Assembly (NCBI GenBank): GCA_023257655.1
Contig: JALRBQ010000082.1
Coordinates: 5,466-69,465 of the forward strand
Direction: 5' to 3'
DNA length: 64,000 nt
From: Pseudomonadales bacterium
GTDB taxonomy: Bacteria; Pseudomonadota; Gammaproteobacteria; Pseudomonadales; Pseudohongiellaceae
Numbering within the stretch: position 1 is the first letter of the stretch; each line of letters begins with the position of its first letter. The notes beneath the pieces were generated by a model, which had not been told where the DNA came from, made no database searches, and saw only the letters and a program-made list of their open reading frames with translations. This document shows, in pieces, positions 1 through 9,579 of this stretch. A program made the position numbers and the translations under genes.

Positions 1-787
1 CGCCTCCATGCAGTTCAAGGCCACGCTCGAGCAGTTCGTGTCCCAACTGAGCTTCGCCGACTTCTCACGGGCGACGAACACCGAAGACGACGACAAGGAC
101 ACCATCGCGGGCAATCCGACTCTTAATCCGGAGGAAAGCCTGCGCGCCGAACTCAGTCTCGATTATCGTCTGCCAAATGACGGTGGCGCCCTGAACGCGC
201 GCTATTTCTATTACGACTATCGCAACAAGATCGCGAAGATCGACATCTCGCCGTCCCCGACCAACCTGCAAACCACCAACGGCAACGTCGGTCCGGCAGA
301 AGCCTTCGGTATTGTGACCAATGCCAGCGTAAGGCTGGGCATGCTGGGTCTGCCACAGGTGCTCGTCACCGGCGCACTGACTGTGCAAGAGTCGCAATTC
401 GATGACGACCCCCTGACCCCGATCGAGCACGGCTTCCGCCCATTCGACCGCGGCAGTTATCGCCTTGGCTTCCGGCACGATGTGCCGCGCTATAACCTCA
501 ACTACGGCGTCAATTTCAACGCCCGCATCGAGGATGGTCGCCACACCTACGACATCGACAACCGCTATTCGTTCTTCGTGCCCAGCAACCTGAGCCTGTT
601 CGTCGAGAAGCAGGGCTGGGCCGGGCTGACTTATCGCTTCGAGGGTAGCAATCTGGCGGACTACGAGGGCTGCTGGTTGCGTCGTCGCTACGACGGTTAT
701 GTGATTGTCAGCAACCTGATCGAGCAGGAACAGAATTGCTCGACCACCGGGCGCCAGTACACCCTGTCGATTCGCGGCACGTTCTAG
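1..787 (+). CDS. TonB-dependent receptor, C-terminal fragment (5' end outside window)
   Basis: ORF 8..787 is open to the window edge. It ends in ...LSIRGTF (aromatic C-terminus). It aligns by eye with the C-terminal thirds of the three full-length TBDR paralogs (LSFADF, RLPNDxG, IDxSPSPT..NGNxG motifs). Confidence 0.8.
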   Translation, partial: ASMQFKATLEQFVSQLSFADFSRATNTEDDDKDTIAGNPTLNPEESLRAELSLDYRLPNDGGALNARYFYYDYRNKIAKIDISPSPTNLQTTNGNVGPAEAFGIVTNASVRLGMLGLPQVLVTGALTVQESQFDDDPLTPIEHGFRPFDRGSYRLGFRHDVPRYNLNYGVNFNARIEDGRHTYDIDNRYSFFVPSNLSLFVEKQGWAGLTYRFEGSNLADYEGCWLRRRYDGYVIVSNLIEQEQNCSTTGRQYTLSIRGTF

Positions 788-974
788 CCCGAACCGGCTG
801 AACCACCCCCTCTGCCGGCAATCAGGGCGGCGCGCCATGCGTCGCCTGATCCGGTCCCACCCTTCGCGTATTACGCTCCTGCCGATAAGGCTTGGGCTTC
901 CCTGACCATTGGCATATACTTTTTCGACGCCGGTTTGCAGTCCGCGGGAAACCTCAACTGATCAGGAGAGAACC

Positions 975-2243
975 ATGGGTGTGAAAAAATCGGATCGACG
1001 CGAATTCCTCAAGCGCGGCGCGGCACTGGCAGGCAGCCTCGTCGCCGCCCGCACGGCCGTAGGCCAGACCCCCGATCATACCGAACACACCCCGGTGGCC
1101 CCGGGTCCCGACGCCTTTCTGCGGGGCAGCGACGAGATCGTCGCCTACGGCAAGCGTTCCCGCTTCGTCACCTCGGTGCGTATCCCCCATGGTGGCCGTG
1201 CCTCGCCCGACCAGTTCGGACTCGACTTCCACATCGCCACCCCCTTGCAGGATTCGGTCGGTGTCATCACCCCGTCCTCACTGCACTACATGGGCACCAC
1301 CCGTGGCTCCTTTATCCCCGATATCGATCCCGAGAAGCACCGGCTGATGATTCACGGCATGGTGGATCGCCCGCTGGTATTCACGATGGCTGAGCTCAAG
1401 CGTCTGCCGTCGGTGACACGCATGCACTTCATCGAATGCGCGGGTAATCGCGCCAGCAGCCGTCATACCACGGTGCAAGAGACTCACGGCATGACCAGCT
1501 GTGCCGAATGGACCGGGGTGCTGCTGTCCACGCTTCTGAAAGAAGCCGGAGTGCACGCCAATGCGGATTGGATCGTGGCCGAGGGTGTCGAAGAAGTGAA
1601 GGGTGCTTCCAGTATCCCCATGGCGAAGGCCATGGACGATTGCCTGCTGTGTTATGGCATGAACGGCGAACCGGTGCGTCCCCAGCAAGGCTTCCCGCTG
1701 CGGCTGCTGGTACCTGGCTTCGAAGGTATCTTCAACGTCAAATGGCTCCGCCGCATCAAGGTTGTGGACCAGTACTACATGACTTACAACGACTTCGGCC
1801 ATCTCACTCGCGATCCGGTGAATGCCGCGCTGGGCTATCAGATCGGCCCGAAGTCTGTGATCACCCATCCATCGGGTGGCCAGCAGTTACCGGGACCCGG
1901 CTTCTATGAAGTCAGTGGCCTGGCCTGGTCCGGCGGGGGTCGCGTCGCCCGCGTCGAGGTGACCACCGACGGCGGTCGCACCTGGCGTGACGCCGACATC
2001 CGCGGCACAGCCCATCCCATGGCGCACACACGCTTCAGCTTCGAATGGAACTGGGACGGCAAGGAATGCGAGTTGCAGTCCCGCTGCATCGATGAACTGG
2101 GGCAGATTCAGCCGTCGCGAGCACAGGCTCTGGAATTCTGGAGCACGCCGGAAGAGAAGGCGACGTCGGTGAAGGGACAGGACAACTCCATCCAGCCCTG
2201 GCGCATCGCCAGCGACGGGAGCGTCCACAATGCGATTATCTAG
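975..2243 (+). CDS. sorA: Sulfite dehydrogenase / sulfite-oxidase-family molybdoenzyme, catalytic subunit (SorA-like), Tat-exported
   Basis: ATG at 975 is preceded by AGGAGAG (964-970). Twin-arginine signal SDRREFLKRGAALAG. Mo-ligand cysteine motif FIECAGNRA. C-terminal dimerisation-domain-like region. Start trimmed from the track ORF 909..2243. Confidence 0.8.
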   Translation: MGVKKSDRREFLKRGAALAGSLVAARTAVGQTPDHTEHTPVAPGPDAFLRGSDEIVAYGKRSRFVTSVRIPHGGRASPDQFGLDFHIATPLQDSVGVITPSSLHYMGTTRGSFIPDIDPEKHRLMIHGMVDRPLVFTMAELKRLPSVTRMHFIECAGNRASSRHTTVQETHGMTSCAEWTGVLLSTLLKEAGVHANADWIVAEGVEEVKGASSIPMAKAMDDCLLCYGMNGEPVRPQQGFPLRLLVPGFEGIFNVKWLRRIKVVDQYYMTYNDFGHLTRDPVNAALGYQIGPKSVITHPSGGQQLPGPGFYEVSGLAWSGGGRVARVEVTTDGGRTWRDADIRGTAHPMAHTRFSFEWNWDGKECELQSRCIDELGQIQPSRAQALEFWSTPEEKATSVKGQDNSIQPWRIASDGSVHNAII

Positions 2244-2793
2244 TCTGCTTCCATTACTGTTGTTATTCGGCGCAGCAGCGCAGGCGCAGTCGCCTACCTA
2301 TGGGGTCGGCCGCACGCCAACCGCGAGCGAGATCGCGGCCTGGGATATCTCCATCAGTCCCACAGGTGAAGAACTGCCACCTGGTAGCGGTACGGTCGAC
2401 AAGGGCTCCGAACTGTTTCTCTCCAAGGGCTGCGCCGGCTGTCACGGCACGACTGGCACCGGTGGACTCGCCCCGCGTCTGGTGAAACTCGATGTCGCCG
2501 CTGATGCCGATCCCTGGGATTACGGCCGGGTGCTGCCGATCCGCTCGCCTTATGCGACTACGGTGTGGGATTTTATCAACCGCGGTATGCCGCTCGGCGC
2601 CGAGGGCACGCTGACACCGGATGAAGTCTACTCGCTGACCGCCTACCTGTTCTTCCTGAACGGCCTGTTGCCCGATGGCAGCACGCTCGACCGCGAGAGC
2701 CTGCCGAAGATGCGCATGCCGAACCGCGACAACTGGGCACAGGTGCCGGACTGGCTACCGGGCAAACCGAGACTTGAGGGCTATCCTTACTGA
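2230..2793 (+). CDS. sorB: Monohaem c-type cytochrome (SorB-like electron acceptor)
   Basis: Sec signal LLLFGAAAQAQ. Single haem site CAGCHG. The start overlaps sorA by 14 nt. Confidence 0.7.
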   Translation: MRLSSLLPLLLLFGAAAQAQSPTYGVGRTPTASEIAAWDISISPTGEELPPGSGTVDKGSELFLSKGCAGCHGTTGTGGLAPRLVKLDVAADADPWDYGRVLPIRSPYATTVWDFINRGMPLGAEGTLTPDEVYSLTAYLFFLNGLLPDGSTLDRESLPKMRMPNRDNWAQVPDWLPGKPRLEGYPY

Positions 2794-2818
2794 AGTCCAT
2801 TACCAGAGGGTCAATGTT

Positions 2819-4756
2819 ATGTCGTTGGTTGTACCCGCACGCCGTTCCCGGTTTTTCTCTCGCACGCTAAGCGCTCTGATCACCACGGCGCTGCTGTGGC
2901 CGGTGGCAACCTCTGCCCAGACCAACACAGACTGGTCAGCCTACGGAGCCGACAAGGCCAACACCAAATATTCTCCGCTGTCCCAGATTAATGCCGACAA
3001 TGTGCAACGACTCGAGGTCGCCTGGACCTGGACCTCGGTCGACGAGGACGTGCGCGCGAAGAACGATATCATTCGTGACCGCGGCTCATTCCGCAGTTAC
3101 GCTTATGAAGTCACACCGTTAATGGTCAACGGCAAGTTGTACACCACTACCTCGCTGGGCCAGATCGCCGCCATCGATCCCGCCACCGGCGCAACACTCT
3201 GGAGCTATGACCCGGTGCTCTACGTTGACGGCCGCCCCGCTGTGCACGGTTTTATGACGCGGGGTCTCGCCTACTGGACCAACGGTACCGAGGAACGCTT
3301 GTTATATGCCGCGGGGCGAACCTATCTGCTCTCCATCGATGCCGCTACCGGTCGCCCCGATCCGGACTTCGGGCGCGGCGGACGTATCGATCTGAAGCAG
3401 GGGCTGGGACGCACGATCGATCCGAGCCTGTACGCGGTGAGTTCGCCACCGATCGTCGTCGGTGATGTCGTCATCGTCGGCTCGGCCATGACCGAAGGCA
3501 CGGATTATCGCGAGGCGCCACCGGGACACGTGCGCGGATTCAACGTGCACACGGGCGAGCTGCAGTGGATCTTCCACACCGTGCCGCAGCCCGGCGAATA
3601 CGGCGCCGACACCTGGCAGTCCGATGCCTGGACGATAACCGGTGGTACCAATGTGTGGACGGTAATGAGTGCTGACCCGGAGCTGGGTCTGGTGTATCTG
3701 CCGGTGGGCACCCCGGTGCCGGATTATTATGGCGGCCATCGCCTCGGCACCAACCTGTTTGCAAACTCACTGGTGGCATTGAATGCGAAAACCGGTGAAC
3801 GGGTGTGGCACTTCCAGTTCGTGCACCATTCGGTGTGGGACTATGATCCGCCGGCCGCGCCAAACCTGATCGACATCGTCGTCGACGGTCGACCGATCAA
3901 GGCAGTCGCGCAAATCACCAAGCAGGGTTTCACGTTCGTGTTCGATCGCGTCACCGGGGAGCCGGTCTGGCCGATTGAAGAACGTGCGGTACCGCAATCG
4001 ACCGTGCTCGGCGAGGTGACGTCGCCGACCCAGCCGTATCCGACCAAACCGCCGCTGTTTCTCACCAACGGCGCGACCGAAGATGACCTCATCGACTTCA
4101 CGCCCGAGCTGCGCGCAGAGGCGCTGGAGATCTTCAACGAATATCATGCCGGCCCTCTCTACACGCCGCCCGCGCCCGGACCGAACATCATCCGTCCCGG
4201 CTGGAGCGGAGGCGCGAACTGGTGGGGCGCGGCCTTCGATCCCGAAACCCAGCGTTTGTATGTGCCGAGCTGGGCCCACTTCTCAACTGTGGAGATTGTG
4301 CCACCGAACAACGCAGACTCCGATCTGACGATTCGACCCCAGGTGCGCGACCTGAGCGGACCCCGCGGGCTGCCGCTGTTCAAGCCGCCCTATTCCCAAC
4401 TTGTCGCCTTCGACATGAACGCCGGCGACAAGCTTTGGCATATACCGGTGGGCGAGGGGCCGCGTAACCACGAGGCCTTGCAAGGACTCGAGCTGCCGCC
4501 GCTCGGCAACTTCGAGAAACTGGGTGGGCCGCTGTTGACGAAGACCCTGTTGTTCATCGGCCAGGGCTTCGAGACGAATCGTCTCGGTGTGTATGACAAG
4601 AACACCGGCGAGGAGCTGTGGTGGTTGCAATTACCCGCGCGCTTCCATGCGGCGCCGATTACCTACATGGCAGATGGCAAGCAGTACATCGTGTTCGCAG
4701 TAGGTGGCGGGGTGAGCGCGCAGACCGAACAGTTGATGGCGCTGGCGTTGCCCTGA
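2819..4756 (+). CDS. Soluble PQQ-dependent dehydrogenase (glucose/quinate/shikimate-dehydrogenase-like 8-bladed propeller), exported
   Basis: Internal ATG 2819 (MSLVVPARRSRFF...ATSAQ signal) within track ORF 2675..4756. Quinoprotein motifs YSPLSQINADNV, HHSVWDYDPPAAP, repeated W-containing blades. Paralog of 30780..32720. Confidence 0.8.
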   Translation: MSLVVPARRSRFFSRTLSALITTALLWPVATSAQTNTDWSAYGADKANTKYSPLSQINADNVQRLEVAWTWTSVDEDVRAKNDIIRDRGSFRSYAYEVTPLMVNGKLYTTTSLGQIAAIDPATGATLWSYDPVLYVDGRPAVHGFMTRGLAYWTNGTEERLLYAAGRTYLLSIDAATGRPDPDFGRGGRIDLKQGLGRTIDPSLYAVSSPPIVVGDVVIVGSAMTEGTDYREAPPGHVRGFNVHTGELQWIFHTVPQPGEYGADTWQSDAWTITGGTNVWTVMSADPELGLVYLPVGTPVPDYYGGHRLGTNLFANSLVALNAKTGERVWHFQFVHHSVWDYDPPAAPNLIDIVVDGRPIKAVAQITKQGFTFVFDRVTGEPVWPIEERAVPQSTVLGEVTSPTQPYPTKPPLFLTNGATEDDLIDFTPELRAEALEIFNEYHAGPLYTPPAPGPNIIRPGWSGGANWWGAAFDPETQRLYVPSWAHFSTVEIVPPNNADSDLTIRPQVRDLSGPRGLPLFKPPYSQLVAFDMNAGDKLWHIPVGEGPRNHEALQGLELPPLGNFEKLGGPLLTKTLLFIGQGFETNRLGVYDKNTGEELWWLQLPARFHAAPITYMADGKQYIVFAVGGGVSAQTEQLMALALP

Positions 4757-4880
4757 AATTACGCAGTCATTCCGTACTCGGCTAACCTGCAGTGTGAAAT
4801 CAAATTGATAAGAGCACCGCAAGGGCCCAAGCCTGTATGCCACACAAACTACTTTCTTGTTACTTGCCGCTTTCTTGTAT

Positions 4881-4899
4881 TAGTCCCAAAATGGGACTA
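4881..4899. promoter_or_regulatory. Perfect 8-bp inverted repeat TAGTCCCA-aaa-TGGGACTA, candidate HigA operator
   Basis: Read directly. It lies 12 nt upstream of the higB GTG, in the only intergenic space before the TA operon. TA operators are typically palindromes overlapping the promoter. Confidence 0.5.
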
Positions 4900-4910
4900 G
4901 ACTGCCCAGG

Positions 4911-5213
4911 GTGAGGGTCATCGCCCTCTCGACGTTAAAATCCTTCTGGAAAGACAAGCCGGAATTTTCGGATGTGATCAATCAGGCCATGGCGTGGTAT
5001 CAGATCACCCGGCTCGCAGATTGGGATTCTCCTGCTGCCTTGAAGCGGAATTTCAGGACAGCAAGCATTCTCAAGCACGGCAGGGTTGTGTTTAATCTCG
5101 CTGGCAATAAATACCGATTGGTGGTGCAGATCAATTATCCGCATCGTATTGTCTATATCCGCTTCATCGGCACACACCGCATGTATGACCGGGTAGATGC
5201 ACAGACTGTTTAG
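4911..5213 (+). CDS. higB: Type II toxin HigB (RelE-fold mRNA interferase, HigB_toxin family)
   Basis: 100 aa, GTG start. Recognisable family pattern ...FNLAGNKYRLVVQINYPHRIVYIRFIGTHRMYDR. Immediately followed by an HTH antitoxin. Confidence 0.8.
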   Translation: MRVIALSTLKSFWKDKPEFSDVINQAMAWYQITRLADWDSPAALKRNFRTASILKHGRVVFNLAGNKYRLVVQINYPHRIVYIRFIGTHRMYDRVDAQTV

Positions 5214-5227
5214 ACTGTATGAAGTAA

Positions 5228-5611
5228 ATGGCGGCACCCATGAACATCAAACCGATCAGGACGAAAGCCGACTATCGTAAAGCGCTCAAGGCTATTGAGT
5301 CGCTGATGTCCGCAATGCCGAACACACCACAGGGTGAAAAACTCGACGTGCTGGTAACCCTTGTTGAGGCCTACGAACGCAAGCATTTTCCCATGGACTT
5401 GCCCGATCCAGTTGCCGCAATCAAATACGCGATGGAGGAGAAAGGCCTCACCGCTGCTGATCTGGAGCCAATGATCGGCAAGCGCAATCGCGTCTACGAA
5501 GTGCTAAATCGCAAACGCGGGCTCACTCTGGCTATGATCTGGAAGTTGCATCGAGGACTTGGTATTCCAGCCGAAGCGTTGATCAAGCCGCCAACGCAGT
5601 CGGCCGCCTGA
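5228..5611 (+). CDS. higA: Type II antitoxin HigA (XRE-type HTH)
   Basis: 127 aa. N-terminal helical region KADYRKALKAIESLM plus C-terminal HTH LTAADLEPMIGKRNRVYEVLNRKRGLTLAMIWKLHRGLGIP. 14 nt after higB. An alternative ATG lies at 5240. Confidence 0.8.
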   Translation: MAAPMNIKPIRTKADYRKALKAIESLMSAMPNTPQGEKLDVLVTLVEAYERKHFPMDLPDPVAAIKYAMEEKGLTAADLEPMIGKRNRVYEVLNRKRGLTLAMIWKLHRGLGIPAEALIKPPTQSAA

Positions 5612-5634
5612 TCGCGCAGAATTTCCGCAGTCTG

Positions 5635-7992
5635 CTATTTCTTCTTCGCCGCATTCTGCAACAGGGCACCGAAACTGCCGATCGCGGGTTTCTGGGGAGC
5701 GCGCTCTGCTTGCCGCTTCGGTGCAGGTCCACTGTGTTCGCCCTGACGGTGTCGCCCACCAGGCGCCGACTTGTCCGTCCCCGTCTTCGCCTGCAGTTCG
5801 TCATCAAGCCGCATCGACAAGCCGATGCGTTTGCGTGCGACGTCTACCTCCATCACCTTGACCTTCACCACGTCGCCGGTCTTAACCACCGTGTGGGGAT
5901 CCTTAACGAAGGTATTCGACAGCGCGGAGATGTGCACGAGTCCGTCCTGATGCACGCCGATGTCGACGAAGGCGCCGAAGTTGGTGACGTTCGTGATGAC
6001 GCCCTCCAACCGCATGCCGGGTTCCAGATCACTCAGTGACTCGATGCCGTCCTTGAAGGCAGCGGTCTTGAACTCCGGACGCGGGTCGCGGCCGGGTTTC
6101 TCGAGCTCGGCGAGGATGTCGGTGACGGTGGGCAGCCCAAACTTGTCATCGGTGAAGTCTGCCGGATTCAGCTTCGACAGAAAGCCGACATCGCCGATCA
6201 GTTCATTCACCGGTTTCTTGCTGACAGCGACAATCTTCTGCACGACGCTGTAAGATTCCGGATGGACGGCGGAGGCGTCGAGTGGGTCGTCGCCGCCGAC
6301 GATGCGCAGAAAGCCCGCTGCCTGCTCAAAACTCTTTTCGCCGAAACGGGGCACGGCCTTGAGTGCAGCGCGATTCCTGAAGGCGCCATTGGCATTGCGG
6401 TGGGCGACGATGTTGCTCGCGATCGAGGATGACAAGCCGGACACGCGTTTCAGTAGAGCGGCTGACGCCATGTTCACGTCCACACCGACGGCGTTCACAC
6501 AGTCTTCCACCACCGCGTCCAGACTCTGGCCCAGCTTGAACTGACTGACGTCGTGCTGGTACTGACCGACGCCGATGGATTTCGGGTCCAGCTTCACGAG
6601 TTCGGCCAGTGGATCCTGCAGACGACGCGCGATGGAGATTGCGCCGCGCACGGTGACATCCAGATCGGGAAATTCCTCGCGGGCGATGTCGGAGGCGGAA
6701 TAGACCGAGGCGCCGGCCTCGTTCACCATAGCCTTGTCCAGCCGCAGTTCCTTGTGCCGCTTGATGAGATCGCCAGCCAGCTTGTCCGTCTCGCGCGAGG
6801 CGGTGCCGTTACCGATGGCGATCAGCTCGACCTCATGCTTCTTGCATAACTTCGCTAATATGGCGATGGATTCATCCCATTGATTGCGCGGTTGGTGTGG
6901 ATAGATGGCAGTGTCTTCCAGAAACTTGCCGGTGCGGTCGACGACACAGACCTTCACGCCTGTGCGAAGGCCGGGATCGAGGCCGAGAGTGACACGGTTG
7001 CCGGCCGGCGGCGCCAGCAGGATCGCCTTCATGTTCTGGGTGAAAACGCGGATCGCCTCGTCGTCGGATTGCTCGCGCAACTGTCCCAGCAGATCGGTCT
7101 CCAGGCGGTAGACGAGTTTGATATTCCAGGTCCAGTTCACTACCTCAGTCAACCACTTGTCAGCCGGGCGTCCCTTGTCTTTCACATTGAAGTGATTGGC
7201 GATCATGGTCTCGCAAAAATCCATCGCGCCGGGCTCGACACCAGCGGTGCCGATCTCCAGCTGCAGGAAACCTTCCTTGCGGCCTCGGAAAACGGCAAGC
7301 GCCCGGTGTGAGGGAATCTTGTTGAGGCGTTCGTTGTAGTCGAAATAGTCACTGAACTTCGCCGCCTCGGTCTGCTTGCCGTCAATGACCCGCGCCCGCA
7401 ACTCACCCTGTTCCCACAGATGCGTGCGCAGCTTGCCGGTGAGAGCAGCGTCTTCGCTGAAGCGGTCCATGAGGATGAAGCGGGCGCCGTCCAGGGCCGC
7501 CTTGGTGTCGGCCACCCCGTTGGTGCGGTCCGCCGTGTCCACATAAGCAGCCGCTGTTGCCTCCGGATCGAGTCCGGGGTCGGCAAACAGGGCAACGGCC
7601 AGCGGTTCCAGCCCGGCCTCGATCGCAATCATGGCCTTCGTGCGCCGCTTGGGCTTGTAGGGCAGGTACAGGTCTTCCAGTTCGGTCTTGGTTTCGGCTT
7701 CGCGAATCTGCTTCTCCAGCGCCGAAGTCAGTTTGCCCTGTTCGGCGATGCTGGCGACGATCACCTCCACCCGTTCCGCCATCTCCCGCAGGTAGTGCAG
7801 TCGCAGCTCGAGGTCCCGTAGCTGCAGGTCGTCCAGACCGCCCGTCACTTCCTTGCGGTAACGGGAGATGAAGGGCACGGTGGCACCGTCATCCAGCAGG
7901 GCAATGGCGGCTTCTACCTGTTGGGGCTTGATGGCGAGTTCGGTGGCAATCTTGTGGGCAATGCGGGGCGAGGGTGTGGCGGTTTGAGTCAT
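5635..7992 (-). CDS. tex: Tex/YhgF transcription accessory protein (S1 RNA-binding domain)
   Basis: 785 aa. N-terminus [27 protein letters not shown], YqgF-like and HhH regions, C-terminal S1 domain [26 protein letters not shown]. Confidence 0.9.
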   Translation of the reverse strand: MTQTATPSPRIAHKIATELAIKPQQVEAAIALLDDGATVPFISRYRKEVTGGLDDLQLRDLELRLHYLREMAERVEVIVASIAEQGKLTSALEKQIREAETKTELEDLYLPYKPKRRTKAMIAIEAGLEPLAVALFADPGLDPEATAAAYVDTADRTNGVADTKAALDGARFILMDRFSEDAALTGKLRTHLWEQGELRARVIDGKQTEAAKFSDYFDYNERLNKIPSHRALAVFRGRKEGFLQLEIGTAGVEPGAMDFCETMIANHFNVKDKGRPADKWLTEVVNWTWNIKLVYRLETDLLGQLREQSDDEAIRVFTQNMKAILLAPPAGNRVTLGLDPGLRTGVKVCVVDRTGKFLEDTAIYPHQPRNQWDESIAILAKLCKKHEVELIAIGNGTASRETDKLAGDLIKRHKELRLDKAMVNEAGASVYSASDIAREEFPDLDVTVRGAISIARRLQDPLAELVKLDPKSIGVGQYQHDVSQFKLGQSLDAVVEDCVNAVGVDVNMASAALLKRVSGLSSSIASNIVAHRNANGAFRNRAALKAVPRFGEKSFEQAAGFLRIVGGDDPLDASAVHPESYSVVQKIVAVSKKPVNELIGDVGFLSKLNPADFTDDKFGLPTVTDILAELEKPGRDPRPEFKTAAFKDGIESLSDLEPGMRLEGVITNVTNFGAFVDIGVHQDGLVHISALSNTFVKDPHTVVKTGDVVKVKVMEVDVARKRIGLSMRLDDELQAKTGTDKSAPGGRHRQGEHSGPAPKRQAERAPQKPAIGSFGALLQNAAKKK

Positions 7993-8198
7993 TGCGGTCC
8001 TGCGTCATTCGGGTTGCGGTGGCAGCCAACGTCTGGCCGATTTAATGGAGCGGGGATTCTACTACACTTCGACGCCGTTGCCGTGTCGCAGTTCTGCAAT
8101 TCGATCATGGCAGCCGCAGCGACAGGATGGGTCGGAGGAATTATCGAGCCGGCTCTGTCGAGCACGCGCTCGCTGTCCAGCGCGCCAGCTCCGGTCAG

Positions 8199-8238
8199 TT
8201 CCCATCAATTCCAATCGATTCCAATCGATTCAAAGTCA
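8199..8238. repeat. About four copies of a 10-bp tandem repeat TTCCAATCGA (two perfect copies)
   Basis: Read directly: ttcccatcaa ttccaatcga ttccaatcga ttcaaagtca, in the tex / 8336 divergent intergenic region. Confidence 0.8.
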
Positions 8239-8335
8239 CAAGCAGTCACTTGGTCGGATTGCGTTGTGTCAGATGTAGTGGCTGCCGTACACTCGTGCCA
8301 ACGTATTCGGTGCAACACTACCCAGGTGGGATACC

Positions 8336-9364
8336 ATGAAAACAACAAACCTACTGCTCGTCTCTACACTGCTGCTCCCCGCCAGCCATGTTCTGGCTCA
8401 AATCGACTCCGGGTATGTCGTGCCGCGCACGGAATGGAACCAGCCCGATTTGCAGGGAGTCTGGAACTTTAATTCAAGTACGCCGATGGAACGCCCGTCG
8501 CGCTTCGGTACACAGGAATTCCTGACGCCGGAGGAGGCAGAACAGGATCGTCTCCGTCAGGAGCAACGACGTGCCGCCGCCGATGCGGCTGAGGCAGAAC
8601 TCGTGGTCGATCCGGAGGCCCCACCGGCAGGAGCCGAGAGCACTGGTGGTTACAACAACTTCTGGTATGAATCGGCGTCTATCGGCGAGAACGTACGCAC
8701 GTCGCTGATCGTGTATCCGCCCGATGGCCGGCTGCCGGCACGGGTCGAAGGCGCGGCTGTGCACACCGCTAATCTGGGGCCTGATGTGCCCGGCGAGCGT
8801 CCCGTGCTCGCGGTGTTTGGCGGCATCGGCAAGAACGGCCCGGAAGACCGTGGCCTGTCCGAGCGTTGTCTGATCGGCTTCAACGCCGGCCCGCCTCTGA
8901 CCGGCGGCGGTTACAACGCCAACGTCCAGATTTTCCAGAGCAAGGATCACGCGGTAATCCTTACCGAGATGGTGCACGACGCCCGCATCGTGCCGCTAGT
9001 CGAGCGCCCGCCGCTGGATGACGATATTCGCCTGTGGACCGGCGACTCGCGTGGCTACTGGGACGGCGATACCCTCGTCGTCGAGACCCGCAATTTCACC
9101 CAGTACGTACCGAGCTTCAGCCGTTACGGCAATGCGAAAGACAAGCAACTCACCGAGCGCTTCACGCGCATCAACCCGGTCACGGTCGAATACGAGTGGA
9201 CGCTGGACGATCCCTCAACCTTCACCGACAAGATCACTGCCATCCTGCCGATGACGAAAGTCGCCGGCCAGCTCTATGAGTACGGCTGCCACGAAGGCAA
9301 CTATGGCATGCTCAACATCCTGCGCGGCGAGCGTATGGAGGAATTGCGCGCAAGCCAGCAGTAA
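8336..9364 (+). CDS. Exported protein of unknown function (CHEGN-motif family, copy A)
   Basis: Signal peptide LLLPASHVLAQ. Shares motif blocks with 11497..12546 (PDLxGxW, YNNFW, ERCLxGF, EMVHDARIxP, WxGDSxG, LVVET, ERFxR, YEYxCHEGNY). Confidence 0.75.
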   Translation: MKTTNLLLVSTLLLPASHVLAQIDSGYVVPRTEWNQPDLQGVWNFNSSTPMERPSRFGTQEFLTPEEAEQDRLRQEQRRAAADAAEAELVVDPEAPPAGAESTGGYNNFWYESASIGENVRTSLIVYPPDGRLPARVEGAAVHTANLGPDVPGERPVLAVFGGIGKNGPEDRGLSERCLIGFNAGPPLTGGGYNANVQIFQSKDHAVILTEMVHDARIVPLVERPPLDDDIRLWTGDSRGYWDGDTLVVETRNFTQYVPSFSRYGNAKDKQLTERFTRINPVTVEYEWTLDDPSTFTDKITAILPMTKVAGQLYEYGCHEGNYGMLNILRGERMEELRASQQ

Positions 9365-9484
9365 CGTCAATCCTGGTCGGCAGAGCCGTTCCGCTGCTGC
9401 CGACCGGGGATTACCCCGCCCACAGCCCACATGCTAGACTGCGCGACGATGCAGTCTTGTCCTTTAGTAATCTCCGATAAAGCA

Positions 9485-9514
9485 TCCGGTAATGTCCGGT
9501 AATGGGTCCGGTAA
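9485..9514. repeat. Three copies of TCCGGTAA at 10-12-bp spacing
   Basis: Read directly (9485, 9495, 9507), 65-95 nt upstream of the MaoC-like gene. Confidence 0.7.
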
Positions 9515-9579
9515 AACGCCCGGAAGAGTTTCCTGCAAGCCTGTCACTCCAACCTGACTTTTATTAACGAGACCGTGTT

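Noticed and set aside
65-838. 257-aa ORF antisense to the truncated TBDR gene. The same class includes 18956..19819, 31953..32735, 33060..33704, 36714..37766, 42846..43379, 48347..49117, 51319..52062 and 60062..60844.
   Set aside because: These are long mirror-strand ORFs typical of high-GC DNA. Their translations are Arg/Ala/Gly/His-rich low-complexity sequence with no motifs or SD. The opposite strand carries a gene with clear family motifs in every case.
3836-3847. WDYD (and WDWD at about 31776-31787) in the two PQQ dehydrogenases. The D-x-D pattern is reminiscent of the extra Asp that marks lanthanide-dependent XoxF/PedH enzymes, which is tempting given the adjacent TBDRs.
   Set aside because: As far as I recall, the glucose/quinate-dehydrogenase branch these proteins resemble (HHDLWDMD-type motif) also carries D-x-D while using Ca/Mg. 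The motif is therefore not diagnostic here. It needs a proper alignment or phylogeny before any lanthanide claim.
7921-8472. 183-aa + strand ORF spanning the tex / 8336 intergenic region.
   Set aside because: It overlaps the tex start in antisense and runs out of frame into the 8336 gene. Low-complexity translation with no SD.
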